The notes under the pieces: model-generated
Databases searched by the model: none
Seen by the model: only the letters and a program-made list of their open reading frames with translations
Told to the model about the DNA's origin: nothing
From: Octopus sinensis
Lineage: Eukaryota
DNA: 64,000 bases
Direction of reading: 5' to 3'
Assembly (NCBI RefSeq): GCF_006345805.1
Contig: NC_043014.1
Location: 48,856,001-48,920,000 of the forward strand
In this document: piece by piece, positions 12,011-26,875 of the stretch
How positions within the stretch are numbered: position 1 is the first letter of the stretch
How the letters are laid out: each line of letters begins with the position of its first letter
Made by a program: the position numbers and the translations under genes

Positions 12011-13230
12011 CACAGACAAAACAGAAGTAAATAGACACCCCATAAAACATTGTTTTGTGTTTATTTTAACTTGAAAGGTTTACGTTTTTTATTGATGGAA
12101 TTTTTATGTTCCAGGTTCTATATGTTACTGTTTAATCATGCCACATACAAAAGAAGCCTAGGGACTGTCCAAATTTCAAAGAGAACATATTGTGAGTCTA
12201 TCTGAAGGTGGACTTAGTCAGCGTAAGATCACAAGAAACCTTGGGATCCCACTTTCTACAGTTAACAGGGTGATTGTGCAATTCCCCAGAGATGTGAAGG
12301 AATCCACATCACCTTGTTCAGGTCGACAAGGTCCCTCTGACAGGGCCCTTTGCTTTGTTAAGTGAAGTGTGGAGGATAATCCTCATTGCAAGGCCTCTGA
12401 CATAGCAGAACAAGATGATGTCAGTCACAAAACAGCTGTCAGGTATCTCCACAAACTTGGCTACTATGGCAGAACAGCAAGAAGGAAGCCACCTCTTCAA
12501 CCAGCCAATATCAAGTGGAGAGAAGATTGGGCCAGTGAGATGATAGAGTGGCCGCTAGCATTTTGGGACACTATTATATTCTCTGATGTGTCTGAATTTC
12601 CTGTATTTTCTGACAGTGGTGAAGTGTGGGTCTGGAGACTCTGTGATTAAGAATTTGACATGAAAATGTTGCTGCCAACAATGAAACAAGGCAGCTATTC
12701 TGTGATGGTCTAGAGAATAATTTGGAGCAATGGTTGATCAGAACTGATGGAATGTTTGGGAAACAAACTCAGATAAATATATGTCCATATTGCAGAAAGA
12801 ACTCCTAATCTTCTTCAATGGTGAAATGATTAAAGAAGACCCTTTATTTATGGAAGATGGGGCTCCTTGTCACATGGCTAAAAAGATTGGCATTAAAAAA
12901 CTTCCATGGCCAAGCCAGTCACCAGATATCAACCCTACTGAACACATCTGGGGCACAATGGTCAGGACACTTCATAAAATGAATAAGAAAGTATCCCCAA
13001 AGCCAGATTTTTTGAGATTACTGCTTGAAACTTGGCAAGAAATTCCCCAAGAGAATATTCATCAGTAGCATGCCTTATAGGATTCTTGCATTGAAAAATG
13101 CAAAGGGCATGTCTAGTAAATATAAGATATTTGCATTATAATGATTAATAAATAATTTAAATGTATAATTTCAGATTTAAATAAATTTTGGTGTTTATAA
13201 GGGTGTCTATTTACTTGTGTTATGTCTGTG
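12011..13230 (+). mobile_element. Tc1-family DNA transposon, near full length, decayed transposase
   Basis: 30-bp TIRs (CACAGACAAAACAGAAGTAAATAGACACCC, 28/30 match), TA on both flanks, motifs IIFSD / FMEDGAPCH / WPSQSPDINPTEHIW broken by stops. Confidence 0.9.
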
Positions 13231-13576
13231 TACAAGATACTGTAATTATGATTTGTGATAAAATGCAGAAACTCTCAGAGTAAGGAGAGAGGTGTTTCAG
13301 GAATTAGGTCAATCTCTAATATATTCACATGATGGTTGTATTGTTTATTGACCCCCAGAAGGATGTAAGTCAAAGTTAACCCTGCTGGAATCTGAACTCA
13401 GAATGTATTGAACCATGACTGATTATTGTATGACATTCTGTTCACCACTTTACTGATAGTGCAAGTTACAGTTTAGACACAAAGAAAGTTGCTGACTTAA
13501 TCACGTCTATGAATATACTTACAGTTTAAAGATAGCTAACACCTAGCATTGCCTGCAAAACAACACCAGAAGCAAG

Positions 13577-13604
13577 ATGGCCTTTACAAATATCCCTTTC
13601 AGAG
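13577..13604 (+). CDS. PRODH2: PRODH2 copy 1 exon 1 (MAFTNIPFR)
   Basis: caagATGG context, AG|GTAAGC donor, phase 1 fits exon 2; identical in copy 2. Confidence 0.7.
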
Positions 13605-13812
13605 GTAAGCAGTAAATCCTTTATTATATCTATTTACTGCAATTGTATTGCTGAAAACTGGGTCTTTAGTATCATATCACTGAACTAACACTCAGAGCTG
13701 CTTAGTTAAACAAATTGACCCTAGTACATAGTTTTTTTGTTCATCTCGTTTGTTATGGGGACGTAAACATACCAACACTGGTTATCAAGTAGTGGTGGAG
13801 TCAAGCACAGAC

Positions 13813-13852
<40 letters not shown>

Positions 13853-16800
13853 AGCTTCTTTCAGTTTCCATCTACCAAATCCACTCACAAGACTTTGGTT
13901 GGCCTGAGGCTATAGCAGAAGACACTTGTCCAACATACCATGTAGTGGGACTGAACCTGGAACCATGTAGTTGGGAAGCAAACTTCTTACCACACATCCA
14001 CACTTGCACCTATTACTTCAATTTTCCTTCATAGTCACTCTTTTATATATTTTTTTATGTTGTCTAACTTTTATTTTTTGTTTGCTATTTGTTGCAATTT
14101 TCTTTCAATCAAAAGATTTTTGTTGTTGTTGTTTTCTACAATCGAGGATTTCAGCCGTTCAATTACCTACTGATTGTACTATAAGGTTAGTGGCTGAGTA
14201 TTCCAGAGACACATTTCCCTTAACATACTTTCCTGTCAAAATCAACAAGACACTGTGTAACAAAATTGGGTTCTGTAAATTACAGATACATGGTTTAGGT
14301 TTGAGAGAGGTGGCCAATGACAGTACCACCTGACTTGGCTGATGCCAGTACTGCCTGACTGTTACCCGTGCCAGTGGCACGTAAAAAGCACCATTCAAGA
14401 GTGGTCGATGCCATTCCCACTGGACTGGTTCCTGTGCTGGTGGCATGTAAAATGCACCATACGAACATGGTCGATGTCAGTGCTGTCTGATTGGCCCCAT
14501 GCTGGTGGCACGTAAAAAGAACCATTCAAGCATAGTTGATGCCAGTACCACCGGACTGGTCCTCATGCCAGTGGCACTTAAAAAGTACCAATTACATTCT
14601 CGGGGTGGTTGGCATTAGGAAGGGTATCCAGCTGTAGAAACTATGCCAGATAAGATTGGAGCCTGGCGCAGCCTTCTGGCTTACCAGTTCTCAGTCAAAC
14701 CATCCAACCCATGCCAGCATAGAAAGCAGATGTTAAACGATGATGATGATTGGCAGGCAGTGATCTGGCAGAAACGTTAGCATGCCGGGCAAAATGCTTA
14801 GTGGTATTTCGTTTGTCTTTATGTTCTGAGTTCAAATTCTGCTGAGGTCAACTTTGCTTTTCATCCTTTCGGTGTTGATAAATTAAATACCAGTTGTGTA
14901 CTGGGGTCGATCTAATCGAATGGGCCCCCCCAAAAAAATTTCGGGCCTTGTGCCTAGAGTAGAAAAGAATACTTATAAATTTTAGGCGATGAGCTGGCAG
15001 AAACATTAGCATGGTGGGCAAGATGCTTAGCAGTATTTTGTCTGTCTTTATGTTCTGAGTTCAAATTCCATCATGGTCAACTTTGCCTTTCATCCTTTCA
15101 AGCTCGATAAATAAGTACTAGTTGCATACTGGGGTCAAGTTAATTGACTGGCCCCCTCCGCAAAAATTTCAGGCCCTGTGCCTAGAGTAGAAAAGAATTC
15201 TTGACTTCATGGGTTGGGTGGCCTGAGTGGAGGTAGCCTAAGGATCAGAGATCACACACAAGTAATGAAGGTAGAAGTGGGTGAGAAAAGCTGGAGTGTG
15301 TTAATTATTGACCTCATGCTAACAAGTCAGGTGATATTTGTGGTGGCAGGGGTGCTTGGGATATACATCAAGATGTCTTTATGTGTAGCAAGATCCCAGA
15401 TTTTGGAGCAATAATTCATTGTGGGTCTAAGAAGTCTGTGTTTGTAGTAGCAGCCCCAGTGCTGGATTAACCATTAAGCAAAATAAACATGTGCTTTGGG
15501 CATCAAAGAAAGTGGTAAATGGTTTACAGCACAAATGAAATCACTTTAAACTTGCTAAACATAATATTCAAAGTATTTTATATGATTGGAAATATAGTTT
15601 TGAAGTGTTCATGGTGTCATAGCCAGGATCTGATCAAAGACTTTGCAATTTAAAAAATGTAGGAGAAAACTTTTCAAATATATTTAAAGTGGAAGTTACC
15701 AAAATAAATTATATTTTCCATCTTACTGTTAGTTTTGTTTAATTTGAAGAACAAAAATTTATTTTTTAGTTTATAATTGTTTATATTTTGAATTGCATAT
15801 ATATGGAGACACCAAAATCTTTTAAGTACTTAGAGCATCTATGGATCTTAATTTGGCTGTGAGTAGTACCATCCTGGAGTTAGAAGTCAGTACTCCATTG
15901 TGGGTTTGAGATGTCTGTTTGTTTAACAGCAGTACCATCTCAGAGGTGTGTGTTGTACTCCAATGTGGGTCACTTTCTGCTTAGCATCCTCACAGTCCTG
16001 GGTGTGGATGCACTATTTCATTCCAGGTTTATCTGAACATCTGAACTCACTTGAATATCTGGGCTCATCTGGACATCTGGGCTTACCTGAACATCTGAGC
16101 CAACCTGAACATCTGGGCTCACCTAAACATCTGGGCTCATCTGAACATCTGAGCTCACCTAAACATCTGACTCACCTGAATATCTGGGCTCACCTGAACA
16201 TCTGGGCTTACCTGAATATCTGGGGTCACCTGAACATCTGGGCTTATCTGAACATCTGGGCTCACCTGAACATCTGACTCACCTGAATATCTGGCTCACC
16301 TGAACATCTGGGCTTACCTGAATACCTGAATGAGCTCACCTGAACATCTGAGATCATATGAACACCTGGGCACACCTAAACACCTGGGCTCACCTGAACA
16401 TCTGAGATCATATGAACACCTGTGCACACCTAAACACCTGGGCTCACCTGAACATCTGGGCTCACCTGAACATTTGGGCTTCATTTCATATTAATATAGT
16501 TGAGGAGAGAGTACAGTTAGGGAGAAGAGAAGGGTGGTACCACCTGCATGTGGCTGGGTTAAAAGGTCATTGATGAATAAGAGGAAGAATGTGCAATGAA
16601 CAAAACTGAATCTTAGGTCACAGGAGATAATTATTTTAATTAAAAGATGAGTTAATGATTACAATGTTTACTTTACAATATAATTATGTAAATGCAAAGA
16701 TAAAATTGTGGCTGCCCTGTTTTTGCGTGAAATATGATTATTTTAATTAAAATATTAGTCAGTGGTCTGACTAATGATGCCAATGACCTCTTTGAGATAG

Positions 16801-19026
16801 GACCAATATAGACACTGTGGTTTACAGGGCTTGACCAATGACATTACAACAGTTTTTGATTTTATACAGTGCAGTCTAGTGGTTAAGCGGTTTGACCATT
16901 GTCCCCCTGCCTCCTGTTTAGTAGAGTCAGTTCATTGCCTGGTTTAACCCCTCACCAGGTCCTTGGTGGGTGGGTGACTTTAGTTGGGTCCCCCATATTT
17001 TAACTGAGTATAGTCACTTCCCTTCTTTGCACAAACTTCAGAGCCTTTGAGAAAGGGTCCTGGATAATGATGATGCAGTATCAGGCAGTATCAGACAGTG
17101 GCTCTCATGGCTTCTTAACTGACTGGAAGTGTTATCATGTACATTATTTTGTCTTGGTATAAAAGATGGGCTACAGAAAATATTCTGCTCAATACCACAG
17201 CTTTGCTTGTCAGTTCCTTGACCTTAACCAGTTGACCATGTCCCTTAGTGGCTGATGATATGTGCATCTCTGATCACAAGCGTCATAGCTGTGTGTTGAG
17301 AGGAATCCTTTGGAGTTTAAATAATTCACCTCTGGAAACATAAGTGCTTCATTCAGCATCCTTAAACAACCCTTATTCAAGGATCATTTGAGCAGGATGG
17401 GCTACTTGACCTGAATAAAATTCTAACAGATATTACTGATAATATATGCATCCAACAATATCTACACCCCATAATATATACACCAAGCAATCTATACATA
17501 GAAGAATTATACACACAACAATTTTATTATTTGTTTATGTCCTTAATTAACTTTGTTCCTTTTCTTCTCTCTCCATTTCTTTCCTCAAGTTTTCCGTTAT
17601 TCCATGAAATGCAACTACTGCTTCATAAAGCCAGTCAAAAACCGTCAAATCGTCAGCAGTAAATGGTTCTCTGTCCATTACTTAAGCATTTCTACCGTCA
17701 GCAAACAGCAGAGTATCATCAACGTCACAGAACAAGATGTGAAGACAGACAATTTGAATTTTGATGAGCATGTGGATATTTTCAAAAAGAAATCTTTCAG
17801 AGAATTGTTAAGGTCTTATCTAATATTTGGTTTGTGCTCCAGTGATTTGTTGGTCTCGAAGAGTGGCTGGGTTTGTAGATCCTTTTTTTATTAATATAAT
17901 ATATTCTTATTATGCTTGCATAACCCCAGGTCAGCATTGCCTGTACAGGTAGACTTATGAACAAAGGCTTTGTTTGTATCCATGGTAACTATATCTATGT
18001 TAGGTGCAGGCATGGCTGTGTGGTAGGAAGTTTGCTTCCCAACCACATGGCTTTGGGTTCAGTCCAGATGCCTTTCCTGATGCCAACCCTCACCTGTTTC
18101 CAAGTAAGGGAATATTTTCCCATGACCAGATATGTTTTCGTGGGAGACTGGAAATGAAAGACCCCACTTGTTTGAGGGTGACACTTGTTTACGATTATCA
18201 CATAATGTCAAGGAAAGGAAATACAAACATACAAACACACACATGCATAAACATACACACACACACACACACAACACACACAGACATACGCATACACATT
18301 CACACAAACACACACACACACATGATGGGTTTTCACACAGTTTCCTTCTGACAAATCTATGCACAAAGCTGTGGTTAGCCCCAGGCTAACCGCATGCACA
18401 TGCATAAGGTGCTATGCAGTAGGACTGAACCCAGATCCATGTGGCTGGGAAGTAAACTTCACACAACTACATATGCACCTATATATATATATAGGTATCA
18501 TTTGTTTCAATGCCAACCAGTTTACAGAGCAGATTGGGTGCTTTCTATGTGGCACCAGCACCAATGCGGTCTGCTATAAATACACATATATACATAAATA
18601 CATACATCCATATATAGTGTGTATGTGTCTATGTATGTGAGTATGTACGTACGTATGTACGTACGTATGTACATACATATTTATGTATGTATGTACATAT
18701 AAGAATTTTTTGCGTAATAAGATAAAAAACCAAGGCTGTATAGATATTAGAGCATTTATAGATAGAAGGTCTTACAGATGTTTCTAGGATATTAATTAAT
18801 AATATCCCTTCATCGGCTGGAACTTAACTATGGTCTGTCTATAGCACTTATTCAGCATTACCTGACACCTTTGGGTCTCAATGACACCATTATCTCTTAT
18901 AACCTCAACTTCTCTCTATGTATGTACATATGTATGTATGTATGCATGTATGCATGTATGTATATATGTATGTATGTATGCATGCATGCGTGCATGCATG
19001 CATGTATGTATGTATGTATGTATGTA

Positions 19027-19057
<31 letters not shown>

Positions 19058-22000
19058 ATGTATGTATGTATGTATGTATGCATAAATGTATGTATGCATG
19101 AGTATATCCATTGCTGTTGTATTTTGCCAAAGATTGTAAACGTCAATGAGAAATATTGAAAAACTGGTGCTCTTCACCGCAAAACCATTTCTAGCATACA
19201 GGGTGGGTAGAAAGTAACTAGGCATTAGAAATTGCTTATAGAATTTTTGGCCATGATGAAAACATTTTTTAAACATACAACACTAATGGGTTTTTTTATT
19301 TTCTTATTGCCTTATTTTCTATTTCTTACTTTCCAGATTGCCAGTCGCTAAGTGAGCTAAGATCGCAGCACATTATGAAAGGTGGAATTCCATCGTTTTG
19401 GCTCAGAGATGGTGGTGTGCATGGAAAGGTAAGCATGCAACACTATGTCCGGAGGCAATAAAAATTTGCCATGCAAAGCTGATGACTGCAGGCCCTGTGA
19501 ACGATGCAAGAAAAAGTGGCGTCCAACCACATACCTATCAATGGAGATGTGGCAAAAGTGCAGGAAATGCTTAATTGCAGCCTGCAAAAATCAACATGTC
19601 AAATAGTTCATAAAAACAGACTAACAAGATACACAATACATATAAAATAAATAAATGCGCCCTTTTAAAGCCTAGCCAGGCTCATGGGCCCGGTTTCCCG
19701 ATTTCTATGGCGTATGTGTTCCCCAGCTGGATGGGACACCAGTCCAAAGCAGTGTTACTCATTTTTGCCAGCTGAGTGGACTGGAGTAACGTGAAATGAA
19801 GTGTTTTGCTCAAGAACACTACGCGTCGCTCGGTCCAGGAATCGAAACCACAATCTTACAATCATGGTGCTGACACCCTAACCACTAAGCCATGTGCCTC
19901 CACACACAATACATATGGTGTTGCATAAAGAATTGAATTTTCATCTGTGGAAACCCCATTATGTGCAGGAGCTAAAACCTGAAGACTGTGACCACAGAAG
20001 TCCAGAAGTCCAGAACTCCAAGATGTCCAGATTTTACCCCATGTGAATTTTACCTGTGGAGTTACACAAAGAGGTGTACAAGACAAGATTTCACACACCG
20101 GAGAACTTGGAGACATGGATTCAGGAGGTTCGCAATATCCTAGATGATGTCCTTCCGAAGGTTGCTTGAGGAAAGTGGTTGGCACCACCAGTGCTTCTGT
20201 TGAAATATGAAGATTTACTGTCATTTTCCCATGTAATAAAGACCATGTATCATTTGTTTCAATAAATTTGTAAAAGGAATATGGATTTTATTAGCAAATT
20301 TTAATGCCTACTTACTTTTCATCCACCCCGTAGATCTAATAACATTAAAATTTCCTGATTGCAAAGTAAAATAAATGAATTCAAGTAATTCTAGGTTCTT
20401 CTTTGTTTTGGACATTCTCCAGAATTTCCTTTGATGTTGTGTGTTTTAGGTGACCCCTGATGGATGACAAATCCTTGTAATTGAATCTGTTGAAGATGGA
20501 TGTTTAGCGGTAAAGTTTAACCTATGGTAACTTGTAAAGAATACGGTAACCGGTAAGAAGATGGTAACTGATAAAGAATTAATGGAAAAACATATTGATT
20601 CTATTTTCAGCTTCTTCGTACGGGAGAAAGAATCTTGGGAGAAAGATTAATGAGTGTAGTTCTAAAATCAACTTTATATGGTCAGTTTGTGGCCGGAGAA
20701 ACTAGACCTGAGATTGAGAAAACCATAAAAGCTTTGAAAGCTGCAGGAATCGGTTCTTTACTTGGAATGCCAATGGAACAAGATGCTGATGATAATGCTG
20801 GGTTTGCTAATAAATTGATTTCTTCTTCCTCCTTCTTCCCTTTTGTTCTTTCTCTTCCTTCTCCGTCACAAGTTCCATTCTTAGTTAAGTTCATCTAAGT
20901 GAGAGACCTTCCACTGTCCAAAATAACAGACAATTGGTCAAAAGTATCTTTTATCTTTTACTTGTTTCAGTCATTAGACTGTGACCATGCTGTTTATGGA
21001 AGACAGCTGGTCTTCCATAAACAACCTTACCCAGACTTGTGCCTTGGAGAAGTTTCTAAGTGTAATTCAATGGTCATTCATGAGTGAAGGGTGTCTTTAA
21101 TCAATTTGTTGCGCATAAACTTTAACAACAAAATCTTATTTGATCCCCTTAGGGCAGTGGTTTCCAACCAGGGTTCCGCGGAACCTTAGGGTTCCGCCAG
21201 TACAGTCGTGGGGTTCCGCAAGAAGTTACAAAACTGCTAAAATCGGCAGTAATTTTTAAATCTCCTGTGCAGATATGTGTGCATAAGACTATTAAATTAT
21301 TGCAGAGGGGTTCCTCGAGCCAGTGGAATGTTTCCTTGGGGTTCCGCTCCAGCAAAAAGTTTGAAAAGCACTGCCTTAGGGTCATATAGACCTCTGTTGA
21401 GAGCCACTGATCAAAACCAATCAGTCTCTATAACTGGCATTTCATTTCATCAACTCCAGAAGAACAAAAGTTTTTGTCTTCTGTTGCAATTCCATTCACA
21501 TCCATTCGCCATAAATACGTCAATGTATTCCTTATTTCACTAAGTACCATAAGGAGATATCATAATAGAAAATCATTATTTCAATAGTACTTCCATGAAT
21601 CTGGGAAGATGAAACCCAAAAATCTTCTCTTATAATTTCATTCTCATTTATAACTTTACCAATATTGACTCCAATTAGGGAGAGACATAACTGGTTTGAG
21701 AAAAACTTTAAAATAATGATGGATGCCATCGACCTCGTCTATGAATTGGACAAAGAATTTCCTATGACCCATGCCAAAGTGACAGCTTTAATGCCAACAG
21801 ACATATTGGTAAGTACACTGATATATGTTGCTGTTATTTAACCCTAGGTTGGTCCTGATTGAGTAGATATTCAGATTCTTAGGTTTTTCAGATTCTTTGG
21901 TTACTATTACTAACAGATGGAGTGACTGCATTGAGGATCTCTTAAACAACTGGACATAACTATTTAGCCACAGGTCTGCCCTAATCAAGCAGACTTTTAT

Positions 22001-22631
22001 AATCAAAGTCACTCCACTTGTGCCTGACCTATTCTGTCACAGTGTATCCCGGACTACTATATTCAATGTGACTGTCCTTCCTATTGTTGTTGTCATTTAG
22101 CGCCAAGTTTACCCTAGTCATACAGACCTCTAAACAGAGGTTTTCCATTCATGGCCATCTCCCTTCACTTCCTCAGATATTTTATCTTTTATCATTTCTG
22201 GCACAAACACTTTTTCAAACTTCTTCCTAGGTGACCATATCCAATCTATTTCCTAAACCAACAGAACATCCAGACGTTCTGATGCATATAGCCGAATGTA
22301 TGAAAACTGGGCAAAAAGTAAGTTGACCATCAGTTATCATTATTTTTATTATTATTTGTAGTGTGTGCGAGATTGGAATATAAAGGCACCTACCTTCTCT
22401 TCGCTCTGACGGAGAGCCTTCAGTGGTAACGGATCCTCCGACACAGCCCCAACCCGAACGCTAAAGATAGCAGCTGCTTCACCCAACTTTAGCAACATCT
22501 TCACCCGTCTTAACCCGTCGACGACCCTCGTTTGAAAGGCCGAAATCGACGCTCCCTGCGCGCACCTCACGGCTGCCCCTTCCGGTTGCCCCAACTTCTG
22601 GTCAGCTCACCCAGCTGCTGACATCATGCCA

Positions 22632-22699
<68 letters not shown>

Positions 22700-25600
22700 G
22701 GATAGATGATGATGATGTTTTGACTCAGGTTCATTCTTATTTCTGGTAGGATTTATGTGAGTAGTGGGTTACTACCTGCAACCTTCAGCATCCACAAGCT
22801 TTCAATAGTCTTTTAGGAGCTTAAAGACCTCCTAATAACCTTTCCCGTCCCCAAGAGGCAAACTTTGTGAAGAAGCTCAACAAAACATTCTATTTCAATC
22901 TCCTTCAACCTTTAGTCTCTATCTTCACTCACAGTTCCCAAATGCACCAATTATTACAGGTACAACCTTTATAGTTTTCTTACTTCAAATATTTACAATT
23001 TCAAATTTTAAGGGATTGTATATATTTTGTTTTTCATCCGCTTACTTTATCAATCCTGGAATGAAATGGCCATGCTGGATCAATTAGTAAGCAACTTTGC
23101 TTTTCCTTGTCTATAATTGTTACGTCTGGTCTATCATTAGCATGCCAGACAAAATGCTTAAGAACATTTCGTCTATCTCTATATTCTGAGTTCAAATTCT
23201 GCTGAAGTTGACTTTGCCTTCCATCTTTTTGGGGTTGATGAAATAAGTAACATTTGAACACTTAGACTGATATAATCGACACCAGTGAAACTGCTGGCCT
23301 TGTGCCAAAATTTGAAACCATCATTATTATTATCATTAAAGGTGGTGAGCTGGCAGTATCATTAGCATGCTGGGCAAAAGGCTTAGTGGTATTTTGTCTG
23401 TCTTTACATTCTGAGTTCAAATTCCACCTAGGTCGACTTTGCCTTTCATCCTTTGGGTGTTGATAAAATAGGTACCAGTTGAGTACTGGAGTCAATGTTA
23501 TTGACTTAATCCCTCCCCAAAAATTTCAGGATTTATGCCTATAGCAGAAAGGATTATTATTATTATCATTATTCATTTGATATTGGTGAGATAACGAAAA
23601 CCTGCCAAGTGATAACCAGTAACACAAGGCAGGCATTGTGATGTAATGTTATTGTTCAACACAATTTCCTGTCTTCTTGGGTTAAAAATCGATTTTTTTT
23701 TTTACACTTTTTATTGATTTAGTTGAAAATAGATGGACTCAACACTGCACAACTTGAAGAATTGCAGGAAGCTTTGTACAAATTAAGGAGAATTGGAGAG
23801 GTAGACACTGTTTTTTCCACCTTTATATATTTATTATCTATTATGTTTTTGCTGTTTAACCCTGGGACTGATAAAACTGACACTGCTTTGTACATATATA
23901 CCTATGGCACTCTGTCATTTACCACGACGAGGGTTCCAGTTGATCCAATCAGTGGAACAGCCTGCTCATGAAATTAACATGCAAGTGGCTGAGCACTCCA
24001 CAGACATATGTACCCTTAACTTAGTTCTTTGGGAAATTCGGTATGACATAGAGTGTGACAAGTCTGGCCCTTTGAAATACAAGTACAACAGAGGCAGGAA
24101 GAAAGAGTGAGATAAAGTTTTGGTGAAAGAGTACAGCTGGGTTCGGCACCACCCCTTGCCAGAGCCTCATGGAGCTTTAGGTATTTTCACTCAATAAACA
24201 CTCACAATGCCTGGTGTGGGAATTGAAACCGCGATCCTACAACCGCAAGTCTGCTGCCCTAACCACTGGGCCGTTGCACCTTAGGGATCTCTATGGGAAA
24301 GGGAGTAGACATTGTCAAAAAGAGCATTGACTTCCTACTGTCCAAGATCCCTGATGAGTCTCTATCACAGCAAGAAACTCAAATGAGGGCAGCATGTCAA
24401 ATTCCTTCATTCATCAAAAGCCAAACACATAAGAATGGCCATTGTAAAGCTGATGGAAATGGTAGTTCTCCAGCATGGCCATAGCCTTTGGGGTGGAACA
24501 CATTAAGGAATAAATGTGTATGTGTGTGTGTATGAGTGTGTCTGTCTGTCTGTCTGTGTCTGTTCTCCCCGCCCCCTGCCACCTCTTGACAACTGGTGGT
24601 AGTTTGTTTACATTCCTGTAACTTAGCAATTTGGCAAAAAGATACCAATAGAACAAATACGAGGCTTAAAAAAAATAGGTCCCAGATTGATAAACCCTTC
24701 ACAAGGCACTGCTCCAGCATGTCCACGGTCCAATTACTGAAATAATTAAAAGGTAAAAGATCTCTATGGTCAAGTCTAGATTTGTTTGTTTCTCTGTTTT
24801 TCTTTTCTTCACAGTATGCTGTTGAGAAAGATGTGATCTTCATGTTTGATGCTGAACACACCTATGTCAATCCTGGTCTTAATATTCTCACTCTTGCCAT
24901 GATGCTCAATTACAATCATTCCAAACCATTGATATTCTACACCTACCAAAGCTATCTCAAGGTATGGATTCCTTCCTTCTTTCATTTGTTTTATCTGTTT
25001 TCCAAATAATCATGGGTCACATGACTATGTCATCAAAGCATCTGTTTTACAGTTGGAAGCCCTTCCTGTCACTAACCCTTATCTGTTTTTCAAATATGAG
25101 ATCTCCTGTTTCACACAGCTTCAAAGGCATAAAGCAGGTGTAGTGACGCCTGGTTCCAGACACCATTTTGCGATTTTCATCCATGCATGCACAGTGATTA
25201 GTCTTCCAGAAGGTCTGCTGGAAGCCTCTTATGTGCATGCACAGTCATCAGCTGCAGCTAGGCTTGACCGCTATTCTCTCTCTTCACCTCTGGTTGCTGA
25301 CCGAGCTACCAGACAAACTCCGTGTGAAGTCGATCTAATACTTAGGCGAATCTGTGAAGAATGCATTCACAATTGTGATTAAACCAACTCTGCTACTTCC
25401 ACCCCCCAACCCCTGGCATCCAGGCTACCAATGTCCAGAGAGGAAATGCTTATTTCGGCGAAAATAAATTATTATTGTTATTTGTTCGGAGATTCTTGTT
25501 CCTGCTATTTTCCTTTCCACGACTATGTAAGGAATTGTGAGGCACCCATCCAGTGACAACCTCACTTCCTACACAGGTAAACAATATGTTGATAGAAGTG

Positions 25601-26839
25601 ATATTATATTTTTTACTAGCTAAAGAAAAATCGATTATTAAACCTTCGGAACTAATTATGAGATGTCACCATAAAATTAGGAAAACTTTCAAGAAATATA
25701 ATGCGACATATTTAGTATAGAATTATCTGATTCCCAGCTGAATCCTATTTTGAGAAAATTTCTAAATGGACATCTGCATCAATATATCATATATCCTAGC
25801 TTTAAAAGAACTTTACCTGGACCTATGCTAGCTCTGAAATCTAAGTGCCATGAATGCATATGTCCACAAATGAACTATTATATTTACATTTATTTATTTA
25901 TAATTGAGTAATCGATGAGTTTGAGAAAATGAATGTAAGCATGGAGAATTTTTGGTGGGTATTTTTGTTTTTTTTGATATTTTTGTATAGGCAATTGCTG
26001 TGTGGTAAGGAGCTTGATACCGAACCACTTGGTTCTGGGTTCAATTTCATTGTGTGGCACCTTGGGTAAGTGTCTTCTGCTGTAGCTTTAGGCTGACCAA
26101 AGCCTTGTGAGTGGATTTCGTAGATGGAAACTGAAAGAACATTGTATATATATGTATGTGTGTGTGTGTGTGTGTGCATGCGTGCGTGCATGCGTGCGTG
26201 TGTGTGTGTGGTGTGTGTGTATGTGTGTATGTGTGTGTATTTATGTATGTGTGGCTTTGGGTCTTTTTGCCCCACCAATGTTGGTGTGTTTACATCTCCG
26301 TAACTTAGCAGTTCAGGAAAGGAGAGTGATAGAATAAGTACCAAGTTTTCAAAGAATAAGTCCTGGGGTTGATTTGTTCAACTAAAAGGTGGTGCTCCAG
26401 CATGTCAACAGTCAAATGACTGAAACAAGTAAAAGAGTAAAGAGTGTGTAAACATGCAAAACTCATCCCTTAAGTGTGTGTGTGAGTATTTAAAATTTTC
26501 TCCTTCGGTATATATATATACTAGCAGTATCGCCCGGCGTTGCTCAGGTTTGTAAGGGAAATAACTATATAAGCATTTTTAGAGAGTTACTTCCCTTATA
26601 TAAACCGAGCAAAAAATGCATTAAAAATGCGAAAAAATGATGGTAATTTTTTTTATCATCGTAGACTCATCGTAGATGCACGCTAATACCCAGAAGGGCT
26701 CAATATGAATCACGACTATAAGATACCCGCATTTGGTTAAACTGCACCACAAGATGTGGGAGTAGTTAGGAATCTAAATCAGAGGAGACAGACTCTCACA
26801 CATACAACTTCAGTTTTATATATAAAGATATATATATAT

Positions 26840-26875
<36 letters not shown>

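Noticed and set aside
8763-13604. Both divergent genes start ATGGCCTT (MAF)
   Set aside because: Only 8 bp shared; consistent with chance
15948-16277. EHLGSP-repeat protein
   Set aside because: Intronic minisatellite with frameshifts, no convincing splice sites, length differs between paralogs
24293-24484. 63-aa ORF conserved in both copies (also 43168-43359)
   Set aside because: CR1/L2-type LINE 3' remnant predating the duplication, not a PRODH exon
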